Shown: positions 49,612 to 59,640 of the stretch, one piece after another | Layout: every line of letters starts with the position of its first letter | Position numbering within the stretch: position 1 is the first letter of the stretch | Source of the DNA: Candidatus Hydrothermarchaeum profundi | GTDB taxonomy: Archaea; Hydrothermarchaeota; Hydrothermarchaeia; Hydrothermarchaeales; Hydrothermarchaeaceae | DNA length: 64,000 nucleotides | Direction: 5' to 3' | Assembly: GCA_002011125.2 (NCBI GenBank) | Contig: MTMF02000009.1 | Span: forward strand, 1,800,989 to 1,864,988 | The notes under the pieces: model-generated | Told to the model about the DNA's origin: nothing | Databases searched by the model: none | What the model saw: the letters and a program-made list of their open reading frames with translations, nothing else | Made by a program: the position numbers and the translations under genes

Positions 49612-50385
49612 ATGGAATTCGCAATAGTAGGAAATCCTACTATAGACCTTGTGAATGATGAAGAGAGGATAGGAGGTGCAGTGATATATACATCTCTCAC
49701 CATTGCGAATTTAGGGTATCCAGTGACGGTGATCGGAAATCATGGCACTGATTTTAATTTTTCAGACGAGCGTATTGACTCTCGTCTTAAAGAGAGAGGG
49801 AGGACTGCTAGATTCTCTTTTAACAGCGGATTTGAGATAATCGAAAAAGGAGAGGCGATATCAGTAAAAGATGTAAAGGGCATAGAAGGCAAAATTATCC
49901 ACTGTGCTCCGATATTTAATGAGATTAGTCCTTCACTGTTACGCTACTTAAGAAGAATAACGCCCTTTCTTTCTGCCGACGCTCAGGGATTCCTGCGCAG
50001 AGAAAAAATGAAAAAAGTGTATCTCGCTGACTATAGCCTCCCAGTAAAACTCGATTTTCTTAAAGCTTCTGAGGAAGAGTCACTATTTATCGAGGCAGAG
50101 AGCGATATACTTTCAATTACTTTAGGGGATAGAGGTGCCAAGATTATAGCGGGAGAGGTCTACAAGATACCGGCTTTTAAGACGAAGGCAGTGGACTGCA
50201 TTGGCGCTGGAGATGTATTTTGCGGGGCCTTTTTAGTTAGATATATGGAAACAAAGGATGTATACCAATCTGGTTTATTTGCATCAGCGGCTGCATCTAT
50301 TTCTTGTGAAGGTAGGGGAATACATTCCATACCACAGAGGAACGAGGTCATTGATAGAATTAGAAAGTATGAAATGAATTACTAA
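49612..50385 (+). CDS. PfkB-family carbohydrate/nucleoside kinase
   Basis: GGA..Y, DAQGFLR, TLG.RG, DCIGAGDVF. Confidence 0.85.
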   Translation: MEFAIVGNPTIDLVNDEERIGGAVIYTSLTIANLGYPVTVIGNHGTDFNFSDERIDSRLKERGRTARFSFNSGFEIIEKGEAISVKDVKGIEGKIIHCAPIFNEISPSLLRYLRRITPFLSADAQGFLRREKMKKVYLADYSLPVKLDFLKASEEESLFIEAESDILSITLGDRGAKIIAGEVYKIPAFKTKAVDCIGAGDVFCGAFLVRYMETKDVYQSGLFASAAASISCEGRGIHSIPQRNEVIDRIRKYEMNY

Positions 50386-50431
50386 GTCCTCTAACGTAAA
50401 ACTCGAATGTTAGTGGAAATCAACTCAGAGG

Positions 50432-50566
50432 TTAATCAGACCCAAGGAAGTTTTTCTTACATTCCTCAGAGCAGAAGTCTTTTCCTTCCATCACAGGGGC
50501 ATTACAGTTAATGCACCTATGCTTTGTATCCCATCCAAAATACTTGGGTTTTCCTAGTGCCACCAT
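50432..50566 (-). CDS. Small zinc-finger protein (DUF2116-like, 44 aa)
   Basis: HRCINC...FCSEEC; GGAGGG SD before ATG 50566. Confidence 0.7.
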   Translation of the reverse strand: MVALGKPKYFGWDTKHRCINCNAPVMEGKDFCSEECKKNFLGSD

Positions 50567-50675
50567 AACCCTCCAACGAAAATTGGGATATTTCTTAAGG
50601 TATATATGCTTTTGGGTATACTTCCACTGGAAATTGTAATTAAGGTTTTTAAATACCTCCCAATAAACTCTCTCT

Positions 50676-52877
50676 ATGCACGTTGATGAACTCGTTGACA
50701 GCGGGATTCCTACAAGAGTTATAGAAGTTCTAAAAGATAACGGTATTACAAAACTGTATCCCCCACAGAGAGATGCCGTATATGAAGGACTTCTAGATCT
50801 TAAGGAGTCTTTTGTCATAGCAGTTCCAACCGCCAGCGGAAAGACTCTAATAGCTGAGCTTCTAATGGTTAAATCCATACTTGACCGAGGGGGAAAATGC
50901 CTGTATATCGTGCCCTTGAGAGCTCTAGCTAACGAGAAGCTTGAAGAGTTTAGAAAATACGAAAAGTTAGGGATAAGAGTAGCTATCTCTACGGGGGATT
51001 ATGACTCCTCTGATCCCTGGCTTACCAACTATGATATTATAATTACTACGAGCGAAAAAGCAGACTCGCTACTTAGGCATAGAAGCGAATGGCTAGGGAT
51101 GGTTAAAGTACTTGTAGCAGATGAGATCCATCTGATAAACGATGCTGGCAGAGGACCTACTCTCGAGGTGACTATAGCTAAACTCAGGCATCTTAACCCG
51201 CAGCTGATAGTCCTAGGATTAAGCGCAACAATCAAAAATGCAGATGAGATAGCTTCATGGCTTAACGCAAAGCTAATTAAAAGCGAATGGAGGCCAGTTA
51301 CCCTGCGAAAAGGAGTGTACTTTAACGGCGAAATCTTATTTGATGACTCAAGTATAATTGAAGTAGAGCCTCTCACTAATGGAGAGCTGTTTAACCTTGC
51401 CCTAGAACCGGTTAAAGAGAGCGGGCAGAGCCTAGTTTTTGTAAATACTAGAGCTAGTACAGAGAGATTTGCACTCGATATCTCGCGGATTTCGAAGAAA
51501 TTTATCTCAAACTCAGAAACCAAAGCTTTGAAAGATATAGCTGATGAGGCTCTTAACGTACTTGCTGAACCGACTAGAATATGTAAGAGACTAAGCAAAT
51601 GTATTGAATGTGGATCAGCTTTTCATCATGCAGGGCTAGCCGCTGAGCAGAGACGTATCGTTGAAGAAGCTTTCAAGAATAATCTAATAAAAGTCCTCTC
51701 TGCAACACCTACTCTTGCTGCAGGAGTAAATCTGCCTGCTAGGAGAGTTATTATACGAGACTACAAGCGCTATGAGCCTTCTCTAGGACAGTCCCATATA
51801 CCTGTATTAGAGATTCATCAAATGTGTGGCAGGGCTGGAAGACCGAAATACGATGAGTATGGGGAGGCTATACTAGTAGCAAAAAGCTTTGATGAGAGGT
51901 CTTTTCTGCTTGACAATTATATTTTAGCAGAGCCTGAAGCGATTTATTCAAAGTTAGCTATGGAATCCGTACTCCGGGTTCATACCCTTGCGACGATAGT
52001 GACAGGGTTTGCGAATACCAAGCAGGGCCTCATAGATTTCTTCTCAAAGACTTTCTTCTCCTTTCAGCAGGACCCTTGGGTACTAGAGGGTGCAATAATG
52101 AAATCACTCGAGTTTCTAATGCGTGAAAGCCTACTAGAAGAGAAAGGAGAATATATTACCCCAACCCCCTTTGGGAGTAGAACCTCCGAGCTTTACATTG
52201 ACCCTGTAAGCGCGGTAATTTTAAGAAATGCCTTATTTAAAGCGAGAGATAGGGATACAAATGAGATATCATATCTTCAGGCTATCGCTGGTACCCCTGA
52301 ACTCGGGAAAATGTATCTGAGGAAGAAAGACTATGATGCATGCCTCGAATTTGCTTATGAGCATGAGAACTATCTACTATTTGGGATACCAAGTGAGATA
52401 ATCGATCCATGGAATTTTGAGGAGTTCCTCTCAAATTTGAAAACTGTAATGTTTTTTAAAGACTGGATAGAGGAGGTAAGTGAAGAATTTCTCTTGAAAA
52501 AGTATAATCTAGGCCCGGGGGATATCCATAATAAGGTAGAGCTAGCTGACTGGCTACTCTACTCTATGGCAGAGATAGGGAAGCTCTTCAAGATACCTAA
52601 GATCAGAGAAGTTTTAAAACTACGTGTGAGGGTAAAGCATGGAATAAAAGAAGAACTTCTACCGCTGATAACTCTCAGAGGTATAGGTAGAGCACGTGCG
52701 AGGAGGTTATTTGCTAGAGGATATAGAACTTTGGGTGATATACGTAAGGCAGATGTAAAAGAGCTTTCTAGAGTTGAGATGATAGGAGAGAAGCTAGCTA
52801 AAAGTATAAAGTCACAACTCGAAGGAAAAGAAGAAAAAGTAGGTATAGAAAGACAAAGTAGACTTGCAGATTTTTAA
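50676..52877 (+). CDS. hel308: Ski2-like DNA helicase Hel308
   Basis: LYPPQ, PTASGKT, DEIH, LSAT, FHHAGL, TLAAGVNLPA, GRAGRP, RARRL HhH. Confidence 0.95.
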   Translation: MHVDELVDSGIPTRVIEVLKDNGITKLYPPQRDAVYEGLLDLKESFVIAVPTASGKTLIAELLMVKSILDRGGKCLYIVPLRALANEKLEEFRKYEKLGIRVAISTGDYDSSDPWLTNYDIIITTSEKADSLLRHRSEWLGMVKVLVADEIHLINDAGRGPTLEVTIAKLRHLNPQLIVLGLSATIKNADEIASWLNAKLIKSEWRPVTLRKGVYFNGEILFDDSSIIEVEPLTNGELFNLALEPVKESGQSLVFVNTRASTERFALDISRISKKFISNSETKALKDIADEALNVLAEPTRICKRLSKCIECGSAFHHAGLAAEQRRIVEEAFKNNLIKVLSATPTLAAGVNLPARRVIIRDYKRYEPSLGQSHIPVLEIHQMCGRAGRPKYDEYGEAILVAKSFDERSFLLDNYILAEPEAIYSKLAMESVLRVHTLATIVTGFANTKQGLIDFFSKTFFSFQQDPWVLEGAIMKSLEFLMRESLLEEKGEYITPTPFGSRTSELYIDPVSAVILRNALFKARDRDTNEISYLQAIAGTPELGKMYLRKKDYDACLEFAYEHENYLLFGIPSEIIDPWNFEEFLSNLKTVMFFKDWIEEVSEEFLLKKYNLGPGDIHNKVELADWLLYSMAEIGKLFKIPKIREVLKLRVRVKHGIKEELLPLITLRGIGRARARRLFARGYRTLGDIRKADVKELSRVEMIGEKLAKSIKSQLEGKEEKVGIERQSRLADF

Positions 52878-53206
52878 TGGAGAAACTTTATTTTATCGTA
52901 ATTCTTTTATTCGATAGAGTTACGTTGGGTAATAGGATGTACCCTGTGCTGTTAGAACTCTTCTTTTCGAAAGATTCCTCTGAGGTTGGAAAAGTTAGAG
53001 AGATCGCAGTTAAGGCCTTGAAAAAGCTAGATGTAGCCGTTTTAGTGGAGAGGGATATTTCAGAATATTCTAATACGGAACTAGCTGCGAGATATGGGAT
53101 AAAATATTTCCCCTCCCTTCTCCTGAACCATGCTTACAAGATAGGAATCCCCAGATCTGAAAGAGAACTACTCTGGATATTCAGGAGATATGGATTAAAA
53201 GTATAG
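52877..53206 (+). CDS. Thioredoxin/glutaredoxin-like fold protein lacking CxxC
   Basis: LELFFSKDSSEV, A.RYGI..FPS, G.P; start may be ATG 52937. Confidence 0.55.
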   Translation: MEKLYFIVILLFDRVTLGNRMYPVLLELFFSKDSSEVGKVREIAVKALKKLDVAVLVERDISEYSNTELAARYGIKYFPSLLLNHAYKIGIPRSERELLWIFRRYGLKV

Positions 53207-53244
53207 ATATCCTTTTCTAACTAGCAACCAATGGACATCGCTAA

Positions 53245-54003
53245 TCAAATGCTTGGAAGATTTGAAATCCCGCCGCTAATGAAGATAGCACCCAGTATTA
53301 TGCTCAGTATTGCGGTAAAAAGTGCAACTACTTTATAAACACCCTCTCTAGTTAATGACTTTTTATATCCAAAAGTGGCTAGAACTCCCAACAAAGAGTT
53401 GTTAAGTATAACTCCAAAAGTGAAGATGCCTATCATAACGGCTCCGATAAAAGTCTTATCAGCTATTCCAGCAGTTGTAGCTAGTACAAAAACGAGCATC
53501 TGTGTAGGAGTCTCTGCCCCCAGAGCATGAATTCCTCCAATCATGAAGGCAGTTTTACCTCCATAGCCACTTTCCAAGATTTTTCGGGTTTTTCTTTCTT
53601 TTCCTATAAGTTTTGCTGCTAATATATCATATGCTGTTAGTATACCGTTAAGAAGAAGCGCCCATCTTGGGAGTAATCGAAAATCTGAGTTAGCGTGTTT
53701 ATAGAGAGAATAAAAAACATATCCTCCCAAGAAAATCAATGTAAAACCAACTACCTTTTCCATTATAGTTAGAAACTCTTTAGGGATAGAAAGACCTAGC
53801 CACAGACCCACTAAACCTATAAAAGCCACTATAGTACCATGACCAATACTATAGAAAAAGCTAAGGATTAAGCCCCGATGAACACTCGTTTGTGAGCTTG
53901 TTATATCGAATATAGCTGCGATATGATCGTAGTCTAGTCCATGTTTAAAACCAAGGAAAAGAGAAGCAATAATAAGTAAAAATACCTGAGTATTATGAAA
54001 CAT
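53245..54003 (-). CDS. Nickel/cobalt transporter (NiCoT/HoxN-like)
   Basis: GFKHGLDYDHIAAI, SIGH, GGIHALG; multiple TM. Confidence 0.85.
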   Translation of the reverse strand: MFHNTQVFLLIIASLFLGFKHGLDYDHIAAIFDITSSQTSVHRGLILSFFYSIGHGTIVAFIGLVGLWLGLSIPKEFLTIMEKVVGFTLIFLGGYVFYSLYKHANSDFRLLPRWALLLNGILTAYDILAAKLIGKERKTRKILESGYGGKTAFMIGGIHALGAETPTQMLVFVLATTAGIADKTFIGAVMIGIFTFGVILNNSLLGVLATFGYKKSLTREGVYKVVALFTAILSIILGAIFISGGISNLPSI

Positions 54004-54120
54004 GCAACTATCCTAACTTAAATTAGTTTTTATAATTAACGATTCTAATAACATTTATTATCTAAATGAATAAGATTTAAATTTTTTATCATTGTTAGAT
54101 ATCCCTTTAATTTCGGTATT

Positions 54121-54684
54121 ATGAGATTCCTGCTACTCTTCTTCCTCCTCTTAGCTCTCCCATCAGCTGTTGGAGCCTCAGAAACTGTGCTCTACGTCGA
54201 GCTGACAAGCGGAAAGAACGCCTACTTGACGATAGAAAAAATTTCACCAGAGAACTTTGCCGAGATTAAAAAGCTTATCTCAAATCCTATGGTACAGTCT
54301 GCTATAATTCAAAGATTGGCTGTATTATATTGCGGGAATATACGGGACTTCTCAATAACAGCTAGCGCAGAGCGTGTTTATGTTGATGTCCAATGTGCTT
54401 TCGCAAGCAACGAAGGGAGTTATTGGATGGTTGAAAAGAAGGATCTGACCGGGGAGGCAACTCCATTTTATCTTGAGATAAAACTGCCAAAAGGATACGA
54501 GCTGGTACATACTGACCCAAATCCTGATGTAATTTCTGGGAACATTCTAAGATGGAAAAAAACAACTATAATACCAATGCTCGTCTATAAAAAAAGCCAT
54601 CCATATTTAAGAATCTTCCTAGCGAACTGGGGCGCTACTATTCTCGTTGCTTTAATATATGCACGTAAAAAAGCACTACGATAA
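54121..54684 (+). CDS. Secreted, C-terminally anchored hypothetical protein
   Basis: Signal peptide; IKLPKGY...PNPD...L.W; C-terminal TM with basic tail. Confidence 0.65.
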   Translation: MRFLLLFFLLLALPSAVGASETVLYVELTSGKNAYLTIEKISPENFAEIKKLISNPMVQSAIIQRLAVLYCGNIRDFSITASAERVYVDVQCAFASNEGSYWMVEKKDLTGEATPFYLEIKLPKGYELVHTDPNPDVISGNILRWKKTTIIPMLVYKKSHPYLRIFLANWGATILVALIYARKKALR

Positions 54685-55035
54685 TGCTTCTTTTAATGCG
54701 CTCTTTTCTGTGAAACCGATAAAGACGGTCTTCACCCCGCCACTTTGATTGAAAACTACTATAGTAGGAAGGGTACCTGTAATACTATACCTCGCCAGAA
54801 GCTTCCGATTCTCGTCTGCATTTAACTTCAGAAAAACTATTTTGTCGTCGTATTCCTCTTTTAGTCCCTGTATGATCGGCTCTTGTTGTTTACAAACTGC
54901 ACACCACTCGGCATAGAAGTATAAGACTACAGGTTTGCCTGAGTTTAAGGCTGAATTCAATTCCTTCTCGCCAATCTCCTGAGCACTTCCAAGGCAACCC
55001 GCTATGAGTAAAAGTATAAGTATCCCTTCTCTCAT
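54676..55035 (-). CDS. Lipoprotein thioredoxin
   Basis: Lipobox IAGC; FYAEWCAVC; LPT. Confidence 0.85.
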   Translation of the reverse strand: MREGILILLLIAGCLGSAQEIGEKELNSALNSGKPVVLYFYAEWCAVCKQQEPIIQGLKEEYDDKIVFLKLNADENRKLLARYSITGTLPTIVVFNQSGGVKTVFIGFTEKSALKEALS

Positions 55036-55220
55036 TTTTCTTTAGCCATTTCGAGTAAGATAGCAATACCTAGTACAACGAGTAATAGGCCGAAAAAGTA
55101 CGCTATGTAATCTTCAATGGTATAGTCCCTTACACCTGCCTCTGTGGCAGATACTATTTGAAATTCTAATAGCACTGCAACAACGCTTATAATGCGCACA
55201 GGTAATAAGTGACCTAACAC
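55032..55220 (-). CDS. Small membrane protein
   Basis: Two hydrophobic segments; stop overlaps thioredoxin start (ATGA); start uncertain. Confidence 0.45.
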   Translation of the reverse strand: MLGHLLPVRIISVVAVLLEFQIVSATEAGVRDYTIEDYIAYFFGLLLVVLGIAILLEMAKEK

Positions 55221-55343
55221 CTTATAATAATTTTTCTAAAAGTATATACATAAATAAAAACTCTATTTTTGAGCTATTTACAAAATTTTACTAGGTATTT
55301 CCTTTGGTTTATAAGGTTAAATCTATACTGGAGATGAAAAACT

Positions 55344-56153
55344 GTGGAACCCTTTAGATTAGCATTCTGGATGTTTCCAGAAAAAATAAAAATAGCATTT
55401 TATTTACTTTTTTTATTATCTATTACCCTTTTCTTAGTAGGCTTCTATAGTAGGCTTTCTATCTGGATGAAAGGGAAAAACAACTGCGATAAATTATCTG
55501 GATTAAATAAATTGGGATTGTTAAAACTTATTTTTTTAAAAATGTTTTCTAGAGATTGCATTTTAGCCAAGAGAGTATTCGCACAGAGTTATCTACGTGG
55601 ATTCGCATTACTTGGAATAATCTGGAGCCTGATATTAATATTTCTTAGTACAGTCTTAGTCACTGTAGACCATATTTTAGGAACTAACCTTATAACCGTT
55701 AATAACGTCACCTTTCCCTATTATTCCTTTTTATTCGATATAGCTGGTTTCTTTCTGCTTTTTGGACTCATCTTTGCGCTGACGAGGAGATACCTATTTG
55801 CTAAAAATATCAGCACATTCGAAGATTGGGGTATACTCTTACTGATTCTAATGATAGTAATCACAGGATTTCTCTCAGAAGGGCTGAGACTTGCAGCCTG
55901 GGGTTTAACTGATCTTACTACTCTAGAATCCCCGTTCGGAATGCTTGTAGCTTATTTACTCAGTTCTCTAACAAACTTGGAAGTAGTTGAAACAATAAAC
56001 ATTCTTAGAATAACGATGGCTTTGCATCTTTTATTCACGATTTTCTTAATAGCATACATTCCATTCTCTAGTCTTTTCCACATGTTTGCAGCGCAGATAA
56101 CAACATTCATATCATCTACACGATACGAGGGTTATATCCATGAAGAAAATTGA
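55344..56153 (+). CDS. NarI/HdrE/DsrM-like membrane cytochrome b subunit
   Basis: About 5-6 TM; RRY, ITGFLSEGLR, ALH, YIPFS.LFHMF. Confidence 0.8.
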   Translation: MEPFRLAFWMFPEKIKIAFYLLFLLSITLFLVGFYSRLSIWMKGKNNCDKLSGLNKLGLLKLIFLKMFSRDCILAKRVFAQSYLRGFALLGIIWSLILIFLSTVLVTVDHILGTNLITVNNVTFPYYSFLFDIAGFFLLFGLIFALTRRYLFAKNISTFEDWGILLLILMIVITGFLSEGLRLAAWGLTDLTTLESPFGMLVAYLLSSLTNLEVVETINILRITMALHLLFTIFLIAYIPFSSLFHMFAAQITTFISSTRYEGYIHEEN

Positions 56154-57342
56154 CTTGATATCAGGGCTTAATAAAAGAGAGCTAATCGAACTAGACGCCT
56201 GCACGAGATGTAGAAAATGCGTCGAATGGTGTCCAATTGTATCTACTACGGGTAAATATGATAACACTCCTATGGACAAAATTAAGAGTTATAGGAGCTT
56301 TATACAAAATACTCACGGGCTACGAGGGCGCCTTTTAGGTAGTAGAATAGACGAGCGTAAACTCGAAGAGTTCGCTTATAATCTCTATGACTGCACTTCA
56401 TGTGGGAGATGCGGCGTAGTATGCCCCGTTGGAATACATTGCCAAGAGCTTTGGGTAGACGTACGAGCGATTATGAGGAAACTTGGATACGGCCCTCAAG
56501 ACAAGGTTGACGTTGCCCTCCACATTATGGAAAAAGTGCATAATCCATTCGACTTGCCTATAGAGAAGAGGAACGAGTGGATCCCAGAAGACCTTCTAGT
56601 TCAAGAAAAGGCAGATCTAGCATTCTTTGTAGGATGTGAATTAGCCTACCGAGCCAAGCCTATGGCGGTAGGTGCGGTTAGACTACTTCAAAGCTCTGAA
56701 ACACCTTATACCCTTCTAGATGACGAATGGTGCTGTGGATTCCCTCTATATATCCTAGGGGAGAGAGGTATGGAATTTATTGGAGAAGTCAAAAATAACG
56801 TTAAAAAACTAAGAGAAAAAGGAGTTAAGGAGGTGACTACTTATTGCCCATGCTGCCTTAACGTTATGAAAAGGGGCTGGCCAGAAGTCATAGAGGTGCC
56901 ATTCAAAATTTCCCATATCTTCCAGATACTATCAGAAAAAATTAAGGCAGGTAGATTAAAATTCACTAAAAGCTTTGATGGAAAAGTTACTTATCACGAT
57001 CCTTGTTATCTTTCAAGAGGATGGAAGGAGGGTGAAAACATAATAGAAGAACCAAGAAGGATAATAAACAGTATTCCCGGAGCTGATCTAGTTGAGATGG
57101 AGCACAATAAGAAGCTTTCCTTATGTCCTGGATCTGGAGGAGGATTAAGGAGAATCAATCTTCCTTTATCCCATAAAATGTCGGTACCTGTGTTAAAGGA
57201 AGCGGACGCTACAGGAGCAGAGGTCTTACTCACTGCCTGCCCCGCGGTATATGAAAGGCTGAAGATGACGGTAGAAGAAGGGATATATGCCCCAAAAGTT
57301 GAGATAATGGACTTATTACAATTTGCTTCAAACCACTTATAA
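56140..57342 (+). CDS. HdrD/GlpC-like Fe-S oxidoreductase (2x[4Fe-4S] + CCG domains)
   Basis: CTRCRKCVEWCP, CTSCGRCGVVCP, FVGC, WCCG, CPCC, YHDPC; second CCG reads CPG/CPAV. Confidence 0.88.
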   Translation: MKKIDLISGLNKRELIELDACTRCRKCVEWCPIVSTTGKYDNTPMDKIKSYRSFIQNTHGLRGRLLGSRIDERKLEEFAYNLYDCTSCGRCGVVCPVGIHCQELWVDVRAIMRKLGYGPQDKVDVALHIMEKVHNPFDLPIEKRNEWIPEDLLVQEKADLAFFVGCELAYRAKPMAVGAVRLLQSSETPYTLLDDEWCCGFPLYILGERGMEFIGEVKNNVKKLREKGVKEVTTYCPCCLNVMKRGWPEVIEVPFKISHIFQILSEKIKAGRLKFTKSFDGKVTYHDPCYLSRGWKEGENIIEEPRRIINSIPGADLVEMEHNKKLSLCPGSGGGLRRINLPLSHKMSVPVLKEADATGAEVLLTACPAVYERLKMTVEEGIYAPKVEIMDLLQFASNHL

Positions 57343-57483
57343 GACTGGTACTTTTTTTAAAGATTATTAGGCATTAACATTTTTTTATTCAGATGATAAC
57401 TTTTAATTATAGATACATACCATATTAAATGAGGGGGCCATATGTTTGGCTCTGGTGTTGTGTTTTTTAGGAGGTGAGTTGTT

Positions 57484-57930
57484 TTGGCTGAGGCTAAGGA
57501 GTTGTCTGCGGAGGAGGCCGACAGGTATATGGAGGAGGTCATGGGCTTTACGCCCAGGATGTTTAAGGTGATTAACACGGTTAACCCTGAGGCTGGTAAG
57601 ACCTTCGCGGACTTCTATAACAGTATATGGAAGGACGCCGCTCTTTCTAAGAAGGTTAAGGAGCTTATCTTCACCGCCATAGGCGTCGCCAACATGTCCC
57701 CTAGGTGCCTTATACACGTTATACCCGCGTTAAAGGCAGGGGCTACGACGGCAGAGATATTTGAGGCGGTATCGGTCGGCGTTATAGCCGCTGGCTTCGT
57801 GCCCAACGGCAAGGGCATACCCTACGCCTTCGAATACGCTGCCAAGGTACTAGAGATAGCAGACAAATACAGCAAAGGCGAAGAATGGGAATACCTGCTG
57901 CCGCCAAAATTCGACCACGGCATACATTAA
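57484..57930 (+). CDS. Carboxymuconolactone decarboxylase/AhpD-like protein
   Basis: ALSKKVKELI..AI......RCLIH...A..AGAT..EI.EA; GGAGGTGA SD before TTG. Confidence 0.85.
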   Translation: MAEAKELSAEEADRYMEEVMGFTPRMFKVINTVNPEAGKTFADFYNSIWKDAALSKKVKELIFTAIGVANMSPRCLIHVIPALKAGATTAEIFEAVSVGVIAAGFVPNGKGIPYAFEYAAKVLEIADKYSKGEEWEYLLPPKFDHGIH

Positions 57931-57945
57931 ACAGTTTGATACCTA

Positions 57946-58314
57946 ATGAGCGATAAAAGGATTATATTCCTATTGAAGACGGGCTTTAATCAACCGGGCA
58001 TTACTAGAGCTGCCTTAATGTTTTCCTCTATTAGTGCGGCCATGGACGTAGATACCATTGTTTACTGCGTTCAGGAAGGCGCGGATATCTTAGTTAGAGG
58101 AGCAGTAGACAAGGAAGAAGCTAAGCCGGGTATCCCAACGATAAAGCAACGGCTTGAAGAAGCCATAGATGCGGGGGTTAGATTTGAGATATGTGACGCT
58201 ACAGCTAAGGTTAGAGGAATCAAAAAGGAGGAACTAATTCCTCAAGCCAGGATAGTTGGCGCAGCCAGGTTGATAGACTTGGCCTTGGATAGTGATAAAG
58301 TAATTAGTTTTTGA
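57946..58314 (+). CDS. DsrE/DsrF-like sulfur relay protein
   Basis: AL..S..AAM, EG..IL, AGVRFEIC, GAA.LIDLA..SD.VISF. Confidence 0.82.
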   Translation: MSDKRIIFLLKTGFNQPGITRAALMFSSISAAMDVDTIVYCVQEGADILVRGAVDKEEAKPGIPTIKQRLEEAIDAGVRFEICDATAKVRGIKKEELIPQARIVGAARLIDLALDSDKVISF

Positions 58315-58332
58315 TATGGAGGGTAAGGGATA

Positions 58333-58572
58333 ATGGTGACTGAGTATAAAGCCGACAGAGTACTTGACGTTAAAGGGCTCACTTGCCCGTATCCTGTACT
58401 GAAGACTAAGAAATTAATGGATCAAATGAAGCCTGGAGAAATCCTTGAAGTCATTGCTACAGATGATGGCTGTAAGACGGACTTGCCTGCATGGGCAAAG
58501 CGCACTGGAAATGAATTCCTAGGAATGTTTGAGAATACCAACTTCACTAGATTCTTTATTAAGAAAAAGTAG
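58333..58572 (+). CDS. tusA: Sulfur carrier TusA
   Basis: LDVKGLTCPYPV, GEILEVIATD, D.PAW. Confidence 0.92.
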   Translation: MVTEYKADRVLDVKGLTCPYPVLKTKKLMDQMKPGEILEVIATDDGCKTDLPAWAKRTGNEFLGMFENTNFTRFFIKKK

Positions 58573-58619
58573 AATACTTCAATAGCCTCACTCAGAGAAA
58601 CCATTATATCAAGCCTTAT

Positions 58620-59289
58620 GGTAGATTTCACTCAGGTACAATCCTAGAGAATTCATCGAATTTATCATAGTAGGCATCCAGCACATATATTTCTCTTATC
58701 CCGTTTTCTTGCATAACCAGCACATTTACTGCGTCATCAAAATCAATTTCATATTCTTCAGCCATGAGTGCTGCATTCTCTATTAACTACCCTATCTAAC
58801 AGAGGGACCCATTTAATGTTTAAGGATTTCAGAGCCCTCATGGCTAGAGTTAATCTATCTTATCAAAGTTTTCTCTATTTTCTAAGATGAAATAAAATAC
58901 TGCGGATGTTAAGAAAGTAGTAGTAACTCTCTCTATGTTGATTTTAGGAGATAACCGTAAGAGCAAATTTTGCCTCCATGATAATATTCTTCTGGTTGCT
59001 TTAAAGCAACGCATAGGAAGATTCCTACATTAAAGAATCTCATATAAGCCTGATTTCCTTTCAAGAAACTTTTCTGCCGCCTTTTTCTTTAACTCTGTAA
59101 CCTGATACCTCTCTAGTAGACCATCGAAAATCTCTACAGGATTTTCGATCTTTTAACGACTATCAATTTGATACCATCTTCTTCAGGTTTAAATATAACC
59201 TCATCCCCTTCTCTAATTAAGTATTTCTTACAAATCTCTTTAGGTATGGTAATCTGATATTTAGAAGTCACTTTTGATTTTCCTTTCAA
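58620..59289 (-). pseudogene. Decayed AbrB/MazE antitoxin - PIN (VapC) toxin pair
   Basis: TTG 59289 KSKVTSKYQITIPKEI..Y.IREGDEV (AbrB), frameshifted near 59150; downstream broken PIN fragments such as EYEIDFDDAVNVLVMQENG. Confidence 0.7.
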
Positions 59290-59364
59290 AATAATTCTCC
59301 TTATTATAGCTATTGTCGATTACCGGGCAAAAATTTTATAAAATTTATGAAAATAATCATACTA

Positions 59365-59640
59365 ATGACATATATCGCTACTCTTGTAGATATAAAAGAA
59401 GTAAAGAGGCTACCGCCTGAGATAAGGCCCTACGTTGAATTTAAAGCACAACTCGAGAGCCGGGAATTAACCGGCAATGAGAAAGTTGCCATATTTAATA
59501 TAGCTACTACAACCGCTTATATCCCTGTGTTCCTAGATGAAGGTAAGTCTATAGAAAAAATTAAAAAAGAAATAAAGGAGGATGGACACGCATCAATCAA
59601 CCCTGATAGTCTCAGAAGATTAAGAGGGCTTCTCCATTAG
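59365..59640 (+). CDS. DUF749-like archaeal protein
   Basis: YIATLV, PYVEFKA.LE.REL, IFNI.TT.AY..VFL; ATG 59365 or 59347. Confidence 0.7.
   Translation: MTYIATLVDIKEVKRLPPEIRPYVEFKAQLESRELTGNEKVAIFNIATTTAYIPVFLDEGKSIEKIKKEIKEDGHASINPDSLRRLRGLLH

Noticed and set aside
50391-50413. CTAAC...GTTAG as a second heat-shock operator
   Set aside because: Spacing is 13 rather than 5, and it lies between convergent gene ends, so a terminator-like hairpin is more likely
50567-50878. N-terminal 104 aa of the 148-aa ORF 50432-50878
   Set aside because: Overlaps hel308 antisense; only the last 44 codons have an SD and a zinc-finger motif
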